Made by a program: the position numbers and the translations under genes
The notes under the pieces: model-generated
What the model was told of the DNA's origin: nothing
Databases searched by the model: none
The model's input: the letters and a program-made list of their open reading frames with translations, nothing else
From: Bacteroidota bacterium
Lineage (GTDB): Bacteria; Bacteroidota; Bacteroidia; 2-12-FULL-35-15
NCBI GenBank assembly: GCA_005772895.1
Contig: SXIH01000042.1
Coordinates: 6,042 to 70,041 of the forward strand
DNA length: 64,000 nt
Reading direction: 5' to 3'
Part shown: positions 20,833 to 30,321 of the stretch, in pieces
Numbering within the stretch: the stretch's first letter is position 1
Layout: each line of letters opens with the position of its first letter

Positions 20833-21804
20833 TTGCCAAACGGAATTTCATATTTAGGAGAACTTGTTGCAATAGGAACTACAATTTCTTGGAGCATAGG
20901 AATTTTCCCCTTTACTGAAGCTGCCCGAAGAATGGGACCAAATTCAGTAAATCATATTCGTTTGGTATTTGCAGTTATATTTTTAACCATTATTTCACTT
21001 TTTGTTTTACCAATTTCGTTTACGGATTTATTTACAAGCCCGCTTCCACAGCATTGGATGTGGTTTGGTTTATCAGGAATAATTGGATTGGCATTGGGTG
21101 ATTATTTTGGATTTACTTCTTTTGTAATTCTTGGTCCACGTATTGGAAGTATTTTTACTACGCTAGCTCCGGCTGCAGCGTTAATTTCTGGATTCTTTTT
21201 AATAGGTGAGCGAATCAACATTATTGGAATAATTGGAATACTTATTACAATTGCTGGAGTTGTTTGGCTTAGCATGAACAGAGGCAGCAAGGAAACAATG
21301 AAAGATCATGCGATAGGAAAAGTTGGAAAAGGAATTTTGTTTGCGATTTTATCAGCTGTTTGTCAGGGAACCGGACTTGTGCTTGCTAACAAAGGATTTG
21401 AATCACAAACTAACAACGCTGATTTACCATTTTTTCAAGCAACTTGGATCCGTATGATTGTTGCAGCTACAATAATGTATTTAACAACAATAGTACGAGG
21501 GAAATTCAAAGAAGTAAATCAACCAGTTTTAGAAAATAAAAACAATGGATTAATTTATGCCTTAGGAGGAACAATTTTCGGACCTGTTATTGGCGTCAGC
21601 ACTTCTATGTTAGCAGTTTCTTTATTACACAACAAACCTTCAGTAGCACAAACTATTTTTGCGCTTGTTCCAGTTTTTGTATTACCTCTCTCCTATTTAT
21701 TTTACAAGGAAAAGATTACAATAAAATCTGTTTTTGCTGCATTAATAGCAATTGCGGGTGTGATGGTTTTAATTTGGAGAGAAGATATTCTTGCTTTTAT
21801 TTAG
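20833..21804 (+). CDS. DMT/EamA family transporter
   Basis: Two 5-TM repeats; SGIIGLALGD, GERI, KEKIT. Confidence 0.88.
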   Translation: MPNGISYLGELVAIGTTISWSIGIFPFTEAARRMGPNSVNHIRLVFAVIFLTIISLFVLPISFTDLFTSPLPQHWMWFGLSGIIGLALGDYFGFTSFVILGPRIGSIFTTLAPAAALISGFFLIGERINIIGIIGILITIAGVVWLSMNRGSKETMKDHAIGKVGKGILFAILSAVCQGTGLVLANKGFESQTNNADLPFFQATWIRMIVAATIMYLTTIVRGKFKEVNQPVLENKNNGLIYALGGTIFGPVIGVSTSMLAVSLLHNKPSVAQTIFALVPVFVLPLSYLFYKEKITIKSVFAALIAIAGVMVLIWREDILAFI

Positions 21805-22546
21805 GCATCTTCTTAAATTCTTCTCTTTTAATTGTATTTCCAGATGGTTTTGGTTCATCTGTAATTAATGACTCATCCATAATCATTATTCCATCCAACA
21901 TAATTTCTTCGTTAAGTTCCAATTCAAAATCAAGAGTTATGGGTTGATAAGGTGCAGTAACAGAAATTCCTTTTACTATTTTTGTCACATAACCTATATA
22001 CATTGCTTTAATATCTACTTTCGGATAGGCTTTCGGAATTTTTATTTCATATTTCCCTTCAATATCTGATGTACATTTTGCTACTACAGAATCATTATAA
22101 ATAACTGCTAACATAACAAAAGGAAGTTTTTCTCCTGAAGCTTTGTCTTTCACTACACCTTTTGCAATAACACTATCATTTGATATTGTAACAAAATTAA
22201 ATAGTGAAGTTTTAATTTTGTGAAATGTACTCGCCTGTGCTGCATCAACTGTAAACAAACTTGCACCGAAACAAAAAACTGCTGCAATCCAGAATTTTCT
22301 TAAATAATTAACATGTTCCCTATTAATATTTTTATCGACATATTGCTCTTGCAATAATTTTGCAGAAACATGTCCACACAAACCATCTTCACTTTCTGAA
22401 TATGCTTTCTTTATTTCTTCAATAGTGGATTTGGAAAAATCATGGACATGCTTTTGACAAGAAGAACAGAATTTTCCTTTTTCAGAAACACTCATGTTTT
22501 TCCATCCTTGGTGACAAGGTTCTTTTATTGATATAAATGTATTCAT
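21797..22546 (-). CDS. Cys-motif N-terminal domain + TM + carboxypeptidase-regulatory-like domain protein
   Basis: PCHQGW..M....GKFCSSCQKHVHDFS..LCG; GVVKD..SGEKLPF..SDIEGKY..YIGY. Confidence 0.7.
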   Translation of the reverse strand: MNTFISIKEPCHQGWKNMSVSEKGKFCSSCQKHVHDFSKSTIEEIKKAYSESEDGLCGHVSAKLLQEQYVDKNINREHVNYLRKFWIAAVFCFGASLFTVDAAQASTFHKIKTSLFNFVTISNDSVIAKGVVKDKASGEKLPFVMLAVIYNDSVVAKCTSDIEGKYEIKIPKAYPKVDIKAMYIGYVTKIVKGISVTAPYQPITLDFELELNEEIMLDGIMIMDESLITDEPKPSGNTIKREEFKKMPK

Positions 22547-22564
22547 TACAACATATTTTTAAAA

Positions 22565-22588
22565 AGACGCATTTAATATCTGAATTCC
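22565..22588 (-). promoter_or_regulatory. Possible ECF-sigma promoter
   Basis: GGAATT...CGTCT read on the minus strand, 19-42 nt upstream of ATG 22546. Confidence 0.35.
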
Positions 22589-22640
22589 ATATCAATAAAT
22601 TTACGGATATTTGTGTTCTGAAAAAAATTTATTATTAAAA

Positions 22641-23156
22641 ATGGACGCATCGGACGATTTAAAAAAATATTTCAACTCAAAAGAGTACGCAACAACAATT
22701 ATTGGCAACACAGCTGATGGTGTAAATGCACCGGTTACAAATGAAGATAAAATTTCAGCACTTATTTCTTTATTAACCGACCCGGCAAATAAAGAAATAA
22801 AAGAAGAAGCATTAATAACACTAAAAAAAGAAAAAGGTGGCGACACTTTATTAGTTGCAATTGCCAGTCCGAAAGCAAATGCTGTAAGACATATTTTAGT
22901 GGCTGCCTGCTGGGAGTCGGAAATTAACTTTAGTAAATATTTGCCTTTTTTTATTTTACTGGCATTAGACGAAAACTATTTGGTTTCTTTAGAAGCAATT
23001 ACCACAATTGAAAATATGGAAGGCCCTTTTACAGAGACGGATATAAAAACGGGAATTGATAAAGTAAAAGCGTTCAAAAAGAATATTACAAATGAACGAC
23101 AGGTGTTGCTAAATGATTTGGTGGATACTTTGTCGGGATTTTTGACTGCGAAGTAA
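22641..23156 (+). CDS. Hypothetical HEAT-like helical protein
   Basis: Likely start ATG 22641; LVAACWES..FSKYL..LEAITTIENM. Confidence 0.6.
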   Translation: MDASDDLKKYFNSKEYATTIIGNTADGVNAPVTNEDKISALISLLTDPANKEIKEEALITLKKEKGGDTLLVAIASPKANAVRHILVAACWESEINFSKYLPFFILLALDENYLVSLEAITTIENMEGPFTETDIKTGIDKVKAFKKNITNERQVLLNDLVDTLSGFLTAK

Positions 23157-23174
23157 GTTACAGCAACCAACTGG

Positions 23175-23202
23175 GAGATCCCGTGTCGTGGCACGGGATG
23201 AC
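23175..23202 (-). repeat. CGTC-type REP singleton, subfamily A
   Basis: gagatcccgtgtcgtggcacgggatgac is the reverse complement of 3399-3426. Confidence 0.85.
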
Positions 23203-23227
23203 TGTTTCGAATAGTCTATGTACATTT

Positions 23228-23252
23228 CGTCACACTGAGCGTAGTCGAAGTG
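23228..23252 (+). repeat. CGTC-tagged REP singleton, subfamily C
   Basis: cgtcacactgagcgtagtcgaagtg; paired C>A and G>T change versus the 6206 copy. Confidence 0.75.
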
Positions 23253-23268
23253 TTTTTGTAATAAAGCT

Positions 23269-24072
23269 CTATTTCTTTTTAAAATACTTCATCGCCTCAG
23301 GCAAAAAAGCTTTTATATCCGCAATACGAGTTGCATCACTTGGATGAGTGCTAATAATTTCCGGTGGTTTATTTCCTCCACTCGTCTGCTCCATTCTTTC
23401 CCAAAATGCTACAGCTTCAGTTGGATCATAACCAGCAATAGCCATAAAAACCAAACCCATTTTATCTGCTTCGCTTTCATGTGTACGTGAATATTTTAAC
23501 ATTCCTAATTGAGAAGTCAATCCATACGATTGTAAAAACAAATCCTGAGTTAACTGCGGTTTTTGCGAAAGCGCAACGGATAAAGCAGCACCACCCACCT
23601 GAACTAACAATCCCTGACTCATTCGTTCGTTTCCATGTCGAGCAACTGCATGTGCTATTTCGTGTCCCATCACACATGCCAAGCCCGCTTCGGTTTGAGT
23701 AACTGGCAATAATCCTGAATACACAACAACTTTTCCACCTGGCATACACCATGCATTTACTTCATTTTGATTCACCATGTGAAATTCCCATTGATAACCT
23801 TCTAGTCTGCCTGACAATCCTTTTTCAGCCATAAATGTTTCTACAGCCTTTTGCATATTTGTTCCTATTCTGGAAACCATTTTTGCATTTGCATCCGTTT
23901 CAGAAACAGCCGGATTTTTTGCTAAAAAATCAGCATAGCTCGTCAAGCTCATTCCAATCATTTCTGATTCAGAAATTAAACTCATCTGTTTACGCCCTGT
24001 AATTGGTACTTTCTGACAAGCAATGCCAATTATTGCAATGGCAAAAAGAGCTATTAAAACTTTCTTCTTCAT
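23269..24072 (-). CDS. M48 family metallopeptidase lipoprotein
   Basis: Lipobox IIAC; NAWCMPGG, HEIAH, YSRTHESEAD, STHPS. Confidence 0.93.
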   Translation of the reverse strand: MKKKVLIALFAIAIIGIACQKVPITGRKQMSLISESEMIGMSLTSYADFLAKNPAVSETDANAKMVSRIGTNMQKAVETFMAEKGLSGRLEGYQWEFHMVNQNEVNAWCMPGGKVVVYSGLLPVTQTEAGLACVMGHEIAHAVARHGNERMSQGLLVQVGGAALSVALSQKPQLTQDLFLQSYGLTSQLGMLKYSRTHESEADKMGLVFMAIAGYDPTEAVAFWERMEQTSGGNKPPEIISTHPSDATRIADIKAFLPEAMKYFKKK

Positions 24073-24087
24073 GAAAATATTTTTATT

Positions 24088-24393
24088 CTATTCAATCTCC
24101 GCAGTAATTCCTCTTTCTAATAAAGCAGTACACATTGGTTCCAGCGATTCATAAGAACCTTTTCTTACAGAACATTTTCCTTTGTAATGAATTAAGAAAG
24201 TACATTGTTCTGCCTGAATCGGGTCATGTTTACAAACTTTTATCAACGATTCAATCACATAATCAAACGTATTGAAATCATCATTATAAACAATCAGTTG
24301 CTTTCCTTCTACTTCAACCTCTTCAGCAGCTAATAAAATTTCCGAGTCGGTATCTAAATCGTGTTGCTGCTTATCAAAATCTTTAACATTCAT
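24088..24393 (-). CDS. clpS: ATP-dependent Clp protease adaptor ClpS
   Basis: LIVYNDDFNTFDYVI..QAEQC..IHYKGK. Confidence 0.92.
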   Translation of the reverse strand: MNVKDFDKQQHDLDTDSEILLAAEEVEVEGKQLIVYNDDFNTFDYVIESLIKVCKHDPIQAEQCTFLIHYKGKCSVRKGSYESLEPMCTALLERGITAEIE

Positions 24394-24403
24394 ATTCTTT
24401 TAA

Positions 24404-27400
24404 TTATTGACCACTTAATGCTCTTGCTTCATCAATTGTAATTTTTAATCCGTCTTTATATGCAATAATAAAAGCATCGGTAATTCCTCCTTCCTTTACT
24501 ACTTCTGTTCGCACTTTACTTGCTTCTGCATAAGTTTTGTATGTTCCAACTGTATAAATTGTCAAGCCATTTGCATCTTTATAATTCTTCACTCCTTTAT
24601 TAGCAATTTTCAAAAACTTGTTTGCAATTTCCAAAGGAACTTCTTCTTTAAACGCACCTATCTGAACTTTAAAAACAATTCCTGAATCAATTTGCATTAT
24701 ATTGCTTGCTGTAGCAGCCGCTTTTATCTGATCGTTCACTACAGGTGTAACAGAAGTAGCAACGTTTGTAGCCGGTTGATTATTGCTTATTGGTGCAGTT
24801 GTATTTGTTGCTGGAACAGATGCTGTTGTTGTTGGAGTATTAGTCACCGGTGCCGAAGTTCCAGAATTTGTACTTCCACTAGATGCTGTAAAAGTTGGTA
24901 AAGCATTCATGTTAGGAGCAGTTGAAAAGACAGCCGAACCATCAGCAATAAACTTTTCTGCTTCGGGAAGTGAAATGCGTTTACCATTAAAATATGCTGT
25001 AACGAATGCATCTTTAATTCCTGCATCTACCACCATATTTTTTGCTTCAATTGCTCTTGGAACATTGTTATATATTCCTGTATTGTATCTTGTATTTCCA
25101 TTAGGTGCAGCTTCGGTATACAGCGGTTGAATATTATATAACTTACTAGCAGAAACAACTTGAGAATAAACACCTATTTGAACTGTGTAAAACAAACCAC
25201 CGACTGCAGCAATATTTTGTGTTTTAACTGGAGTAACTGTTTGAGTATTATTTGCTGGCACCTGAACATTGGTAGTAGCAACTGTATTGTCGGATGTTTT
25301 TGTAGTATTATCCGCAACAGTTGTGTTTGTAGCAGTAGTATTAACAGGCGGAACAGTTCCTCCAGTCATCGCCATTGCTTCATTCATTGAAATTCTTTTT
25401 CCATTTAAAAATGCAACCACAAAAGCATCTCTGTAACCTAATTCTCTGATTTCATTTTTTACTTTGTCGGCTGTTGTAAAAGTTGTAAATACTCCAGCAG
25501 TGTATCTTGTAAATCCTTGTGGAGTTGTTTCTCCTGTTATCGGTGACATTCCTTTAAATAAATCCTGAGGAATAGGATTTCTAAATGCTCCAATCTGAAC
25601 TTTAAAAATTAAACCTTCCGGTAATTTTTCGTTTACAGGAATTGGTTTTGTAGCAGAATAAATAGGAGCGGTAGTTTTTACAAAAACTTCTGCCGTAGTT
25701 GTGTTAGTAGCTTTAACAGTATTATCTACAACCGTATTGTCAGCTGTTTTAGTTGTATTATCAACAACAGTATTATCCGTAGTTTTTGTAGTATTATCTG
25801 CAACCGTATTGTCTACAGTTTTAGTAGTATTATCTACTACGGTGTTATCAACTGTTTTAGTAGTATTATCTGTCACGGTGTTGTCAGCCGTTTTAGTGGT
25901 ATTATCTGCTACAGTATTATCAACAGCTTTTGTAGTATTATCTACTGTTTTTGTTGTATTATCAACTACAGCAATATCAGTTGTTTTTACTGCAACATCA
26001 GGAGTATATTTTAAATAAATAGCGTTTGCTTTCTTTTGTTTTTCTAATGCTATCATTTCGTTTTTGTAAGCATCTTCCAAAGCAGTTTCTTTCTCATAAA
26101 AAACAGAAGTGTTGTTTGCTATTTCTCTGGCCTTTTCTGCACGTTTAAAAAATATCTCTGCTTCATCTTTCATCATTTCAGCCATTGAAATATCATCTGC
26201 ATTGTTTCCTTTTGTTGCAATTGCAAACTGTTCGAGTTTATTTTGATTATCAGTATATTCTTTTTTGTTTGCAACCGCTATAACAGTAGCAGCTTCAATC
26301 TGTTTGTTTTCCGATTGTTTAGCAAGCTCTTCCGCTTCAGCATATAATGCATTTTTTGTTGCAGTATTATTTTCTGCTGCTGCTTTAGTTTTTAACTCGT
26401 TCGACTGACTAGTCAAGTTTTCTGCATCCTTATTTATAGCATTTGATTTAGTTGCTTGTTCTGCAGCTACTGATGAGGTATATGCAAATCCCTTTTCTTC
26501 TGAACTAGTTGTTGCGTCTGTTGTTTTCGTTGTATTGTCAACCACAGTATTGTCGGCTGTTTTAGTAGTATTATCTGCAATTGTATTATCAACAGCTTTT
26601 GTTGTATTGTCTGCTACAGTATTGTCAGCAGTTTTTGTCGTGTTATCCACAACAGTGTTGTCTGCCGTTTTTGTTGTATTGTCAACTACTGCATTATCTA
26701 CTGTTTTTGTTGTATTGTCTGCTACCGTATTATTCGTTGTTTTCGTTGTATTATCTGCTACCGTATTATCCGTTGTTTTTGTTGTGTTGTCTACTACAAC
26801 ATTATTTTTTATTCGGTTTGCATTTCCTAAACTAATTACTGCCTCTTTTTGTTTTTGAATAGACAAATCCTCACCCTGCTTAATTTTAAGAGCAAGCAAT
26901 GCTTTCATTTCAGAATCATCACTTGCTTCCATCTCTGTTTTTTTCTTCGCTATATCAGCATCTATTGCTTTGCTCCAATTCATCAAAGCATCTGCTTTTG
27001 CTTTCTCTCTTTCCCCTTCATTTGTGATACCGCTGGTAGCAGCAACTTCCTCTTCATATTTTTTATTAATATTTACTACCGGAGTTGAAGAAGTATTATC
27101 TGTAGTTGTATTGTCCACTACCGCATTATCAGAGGTTTTGGTTGTGTTATCTACAACGGTATTGTCTGCTGTCTTGGTTGTATTGTCAGCAACAACAGTT
27201 TCTTGCTTCTTTAATTTTTCTACACTAGCAAGTGTTTCTTTTGTAGTTTTCTCCTTCTCTTTTAATTCTTTTTCAAGCGCAGCAATTTGCGTATTCAGTT
27301 CTTTCTTTTTTGTCTTGTCCTTTTCTGTTTTTACTTCTTCTTTTTTAGTTGATATGTCTTCACTTATAGAAGTTGTCCACTCTTTCAACACTTCTGCTTT

Positions 27401-30082
27401 TTTATTCTCACGCTCTAATTCATTTGTAATATTATCAGTTGCAGCAATTTCATCAGAATACTTTTTAGAATAATCAACTTTTACTTCTGTAGTATTATCA
27501 GTTGTCTTTGTTGTATTATCTGCAATAGTATTGTCAGTTGTTTTTGTTGTATTATCAACTATTGCATTGTCGGTAGTTTTTGTTGTATTGTCTGTAACAG
27601 TATTATCAGTTGTTTTAGTTGTGTTATCAACTGTTGTATTATCAGTTGTTTTTAGTGCAACAGAATTGTCAGTTGTTGAAGTGGTTGTAGTATTTTTAAT
27701 TGTATTGACCTGTGCTTCTAATTTTGCTTTGTCAATCATTGCAACATCAGCAGCAGCTTTTTCATTTGTAGTTGTTTTTGCTTTGTCATAAACATTGCTA
27801 ACCAATTCAGTTTCATTTACTGCACCATTGTATTCTTTTTGTAATTGAGCAACTTTCTGTTCGTTCAATGCTAGATCTTTTTTACTTTCTTCAGTATCCA
27901 TTTTCAAACCTGTAACCTGATCAAGCAAACCTTGTTTTACTTTTGCATTTTTTTCTTTTTCAGCTTCAGCTTGTGTAGTAATAATCAACGCTTCATTGTC
28001 AGAAATTTCTTGTTTTATATCAGCAGATGTTTTAACAGCTTTTTCCCATTCACGTTTTTTATTGTCCACATCCATCTTTAAGCTATTAGCTAAAGTTGGA
28101 TTGTTATTTTGTTCAGCAAGTGCATCTAATTTTTTCTGCTGTTCTTCAAGTTTAGCAAATAAGGCAGGATCGGTATTTTTAGATTTTACTGCTGCTTCCA
28201 AATCTTTTGCATATTGCAATGATAATTCTGCTTCTTGTTCTTTAGCAGAAGCTCTGAATTCAATTTTTTTAGCAAGATTAAATGCTGCAACAGTTTCCTG
28301 ATTTAATTCTTCTGCTTCTTTTGTTGCTATATTGGCTTCTTCGATAGTTGCTTGTTTCTTAATATTATCCGACATCATTGAAGCATCATTCATCAACTGC
28401 TCCGCTTCTTTTGCTTTATTTATAGCCAATTCATTTTTTTGATTTGCCAAAACCAAAGCAACATCTGCTTGCTCTTTTAAATCTTTCGCTTCTTTTGCAA
28501 CATCTTCTGCATCGGAATATCCAATCTTTACAATATCATCGTTTGTTAACTTAGCTGTATTCGTTGTTTTTGTTGTATTAACTGCTACATCATTTGTGTT
28601 AGCTGTATCTTTTGGAATAGTAGATGCGCTGGTATTACTTACTTCATTGGCATTCACATCTAATTTTGATTTTTCTTTAATGAAATTAAGTGCTAGCAAA
28701 TAACTTGCATCATCCAAAACTTCATCGAATAAATTAGTGATGATCAACTTATCGGTTCCTACCTCATAACTAATTTCCTGCTTCATCGGACGAAAAGCAT
28801 ATTGAACAGGAACAGTCACAACATCCGATTGTGTTGCAAATCCAGTTGCTTCAACAGTGAACAAGAATTTTCCTCCGTTTGGAATATTAATCAGATATAC
28901 ACCGTTTGCTGCTTTTGAATTAAAAATTCCAAGAATCACGTTATCATTTAAATCTTTCACAGTAATCTTTACATCCAAAGCTTGATTGTCGCGATTCTTT
29001 ACTACTGCTCCTTTAATAATTGCTACATCAATTGGTCTGCGCTCTACATTGATATGATAAACTGCAGTCTTTCCGCTTTTACTTGCTCTGGCTGAAGAAA
29101 AATAGGCTTCTTTTTCATCTTCATTGGTTACATACAAAACATCGTCATCAGGAGTATTGATTGGAAAATCCAAATTAACAGGTTTATTCCAGGTATTTGT
29201 TTCTTCGTTTAATGTGGTTTTAAAAATATCGTATCCACCCATTGAGTTGTGACCTTTGGAACAGAAATATAAAACTTTTCCGTTGGGATGAAGGAAAGGG
29301 AAATCTTCGTCATACTCTGTGTTAACCGGATAACCAAGTGTTTGAGGTTTACTCCAGTCGCCCGTTGGTAATTTACGGATGATGTAAATATCTTTTCCAT
29401 GATCCATATTTTCTCCATAGCTGGAAAAAAATACCTGATTATTATTTGTAGCGAGATAAATAATAGATTTCTCTTTTTTCTTTTTATCTAAAGGAGTTTT
29501 AAAAGCCTCTTCATCTGGCTTAGCCAAAAGCTTTCCACCAATCCCTGAAATGTCATACGAACGATAAAAATCAGCTCGACTCATTTCTTTTTTCTCGATA
29601 ACAATCAAATCTGTCAAATTGCGAAGAAGCTTTTTACCACTCTTACACATTTCAATTTGCCTGTCGACCATCAACTTTTCAGCCTTTGCGGAAGAAGCAA
29701 CGTTTTTGTAACGGGTATATTCTTTTATCGCATCGTCAAAACGATAATTCAAATGATAGGCTTTAGCTAAATAGAAAAAGGCTTCCTTTTCTACATCCGG
29801 TTTGTTTGCTGAAAATTCTAAAAAGGCAATAGGTTTTTCTTTATCATCACTTGCATAAAGCATACAAACACCTAAACGATAATTATAGTTGGGATCTTTG
29901 GGGTAAATACTTGTAAGTTGAGAGTAAAGTGGATAAGCTTCTTCAAATTCATCTTCATCAAACAGTTTGGCTGCCTGCGTTTTTAATTCTTCTTCTGAAC
30001 CGAAAGTTGTTTGAGCCGAAGCAATGCGCGTGCTGAAGGCAAGCGTGATTAGCAATAAGTAAACAAACCTTACATGCTTCAT
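24404..30082 (-). CDS. Giant exported protein: TPR + PD40 propeller + CRD-like + coiled coils + Thr/Asn repeats + 3 SPOR-like domains
   Basis: Likely start MKHVRF (30082) with signal peptide; TPRs; VNTEYDEDFPFLHPNG, SMGGYDIF; three (F/Y)xVQIG(A/V)(F/Y)...DAF domains. Confidence 0.8.
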   Translation of the reverse strand: MKHVRFVYLLLITLAFSTRIASAQTTFGSEEELKTQAAKLFDEDEFEEAYPLYSQLTSIYPKDPNYNYRLGVCMLYASDDKEKPIAFLEFSANKPDVEKEAFFYLAKAYHLNYRFDDAIKEYTRYKNVASSAKAEKLMVDRQIEMCKSGKKLLRNLTDLIVIEKKEMSRADFYRSYDISGIGGKLLAKPDEEAFKTPLDKKKKEKSIIYLATNNNQVFFSSYGENMDHGKDIYIIRKLPTGDWSKPQTLGYPVNTEYDEDFPFLHPNGKVLYFCSKGHNSMGGYDIFKTTLNEETNTWNKPVNLDFPINTPDDDVLYVTNEDEKEAYFSSARASKSGKTAVYHINVERRPIDVAIIKGAVVKNRDNQALDVKITVKDLNDNVILGIFNSKAANGVYLINIPNGGKFLFTVEATGFATQSDVVTVPVQYAFRPMKQEISYEVGTDKLIITNLFDEVLDDASYLLALNFIKEKSKLDVNANEVSNTSASTIPKDTANTNDVAVNTTKTTNTAKLTNDDIVKIGYSDAEDVAKEAKDLKEQADVALVLANQKNELAINKAKEAEQLMNDASMMSDNIKKQATIEEANIATKEAEELNQETVAAFNLAKKIEFRASAKEQEAELSLQYAKDLEAAVKSKNTDPALFAKLEEQQKKLDALAEQNNNPTLANSLKMDVDNKKREWEKAVKTSADIKQEISDNEALIITTQAEAEKEKNAKVKQGLLDQVTGLKMDTEESKKDLALNEQKVAQLQKEYNGAVNETELVSNVYDKAKTTTNEKAAADVAMIDKAKLEAQVNTIKNTTTTSTTDNSVALKTTDNTTVDNTTKTTDNTVTDNTTKTTDNAIVDNTTKTTDNTIADNTTKTTDNTTEVKVDYSKKYSDEIAATDNITNELERENKKAEVLKEWTTSISEDISTKKEEVKTEKDKTKKKELNTQIAALEKELKEKEKTTKETLASVEKLKKQETVVADNTTKTADNTVVDNTTKTSDNAVVDNTTTDNTSSTPVVNINKKYEEEVAATSGITNEGEREKAKADALMNWSKAIDADIAKKKTEMEASDDSEMKALLALKIKQGEDLSIQKQKEAVISLGNANRIKNNVVVDNTTKTTDNTVADNTTKTTNNTVADNTTKTVDNAVVDNTTKTADNTVVDNTTKTADNTVADNTTKAVDNTIADNTTKTADNTVVDNTTKTTDATTSSEEKGFAYTSSVAAEQATKSNAINKDAENLTSQSNELKTKAAAENNTATKNALYAEAEELAKQSENKQIEAATVIAVANKKEYTDNQNKLEQFAIATKGNNADDISMAEMMKDEAEIFFKRAEKAREIANNTSVFYEKETALEDAYKNEMIALEKQKKANAIYLKYTPDVAVKTTDIAVVDNTTKTVDNTTKAVDNTVADNTTKTADNTVTDNTTKTVDNTVVDNTTKTVDNTVADNTTKTTDNTVVDNTTKTADNTVVDNTVKATNTTTAEVFVKTTAPIYSATKPIPVNEKLPEGLIFKVQIGAFRNPIPQDLFKGMSPITGETTPQGFTRYTAGVFTTFTTADKVKNEIRELGYRDAFVVAFLNGKRISMNEAMAMTGGTVPPVNTTATNTTVADNTTKTSDNTVATTNVQVPANNTQTVTPVKTQNIAAVGGLFYTVQIGVYSQVVSASKLYNIQPLYTEAAPNGNTRYNTGIYNNVPRAIEAKNMVVDAGIKDAFVTAYFNGKRISLPEAEKFIADGSAVFSTAPNMNALPTFTASSGSTNSGTSAPVTNTPTTTASVPATNTTAPISNNQPATNVATSVTPVVNDQIKAAATASNIMQIDSGIVFKVQIGAFKEEVPLEIANKFLKIANKGVKNYKDANGLTIYTVGTYKTYAEASKVRTEVVKEGGITDAFIIAYKDGLKITIDEARALSGQ
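25715..27670 (-). repeat. Four in-frame blocks of a 36-nt (12-aa, V(V/A)DNTTKTxDNT) tandem repeat
   Basis: Approximate blocks 25715-25970, 26515-26802, 27095-27197 and 27490-27670; synonymous divergence between units. Confidence 0.9.
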
Positions 30083-30321
30083 ATAGAGTAGTTCCGGCTT
30101 ACCGGAAAAAATGTGCTTTAATTGGTGATTAATAAAATAGTGATTTACAATACGTTGCAACCATAAAATCGATATTACAAGCCACCTTAACATACAAATT
30201 TAAGTTTTTTTATTGATTGATGCTATTTCTTAGCAAATTCCATAGTTTCAAGCCATTTTTTGTGTCATAAAATAATTCCCACCAAATTCCGTTAATTTAC
30301 GGCTTATCCTATCTTTGTATT

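Noticed and set aside
21797-21804. 8-bp convergent overlap of the EamA gene and the Cys-motif gene (also 4 bp at 39233-39236)
   Set aside because: Short stop-region overlaps are common in compact AT-rich genomes
25715-27670. 36-nt periodicity resembling a CRISPR array
   Set aside because: Units are contiguous with no unique spacers, vary at codon third positions and lie in-frame in a long ORF; no cas genes
24692-28301. Plus-strand ORFs such as 25701-26018, 26535-26858 and 26970-27473 (VVLSTTVLS...)
   Set aside because: Antisense shadows of the repeat-rich giant gene
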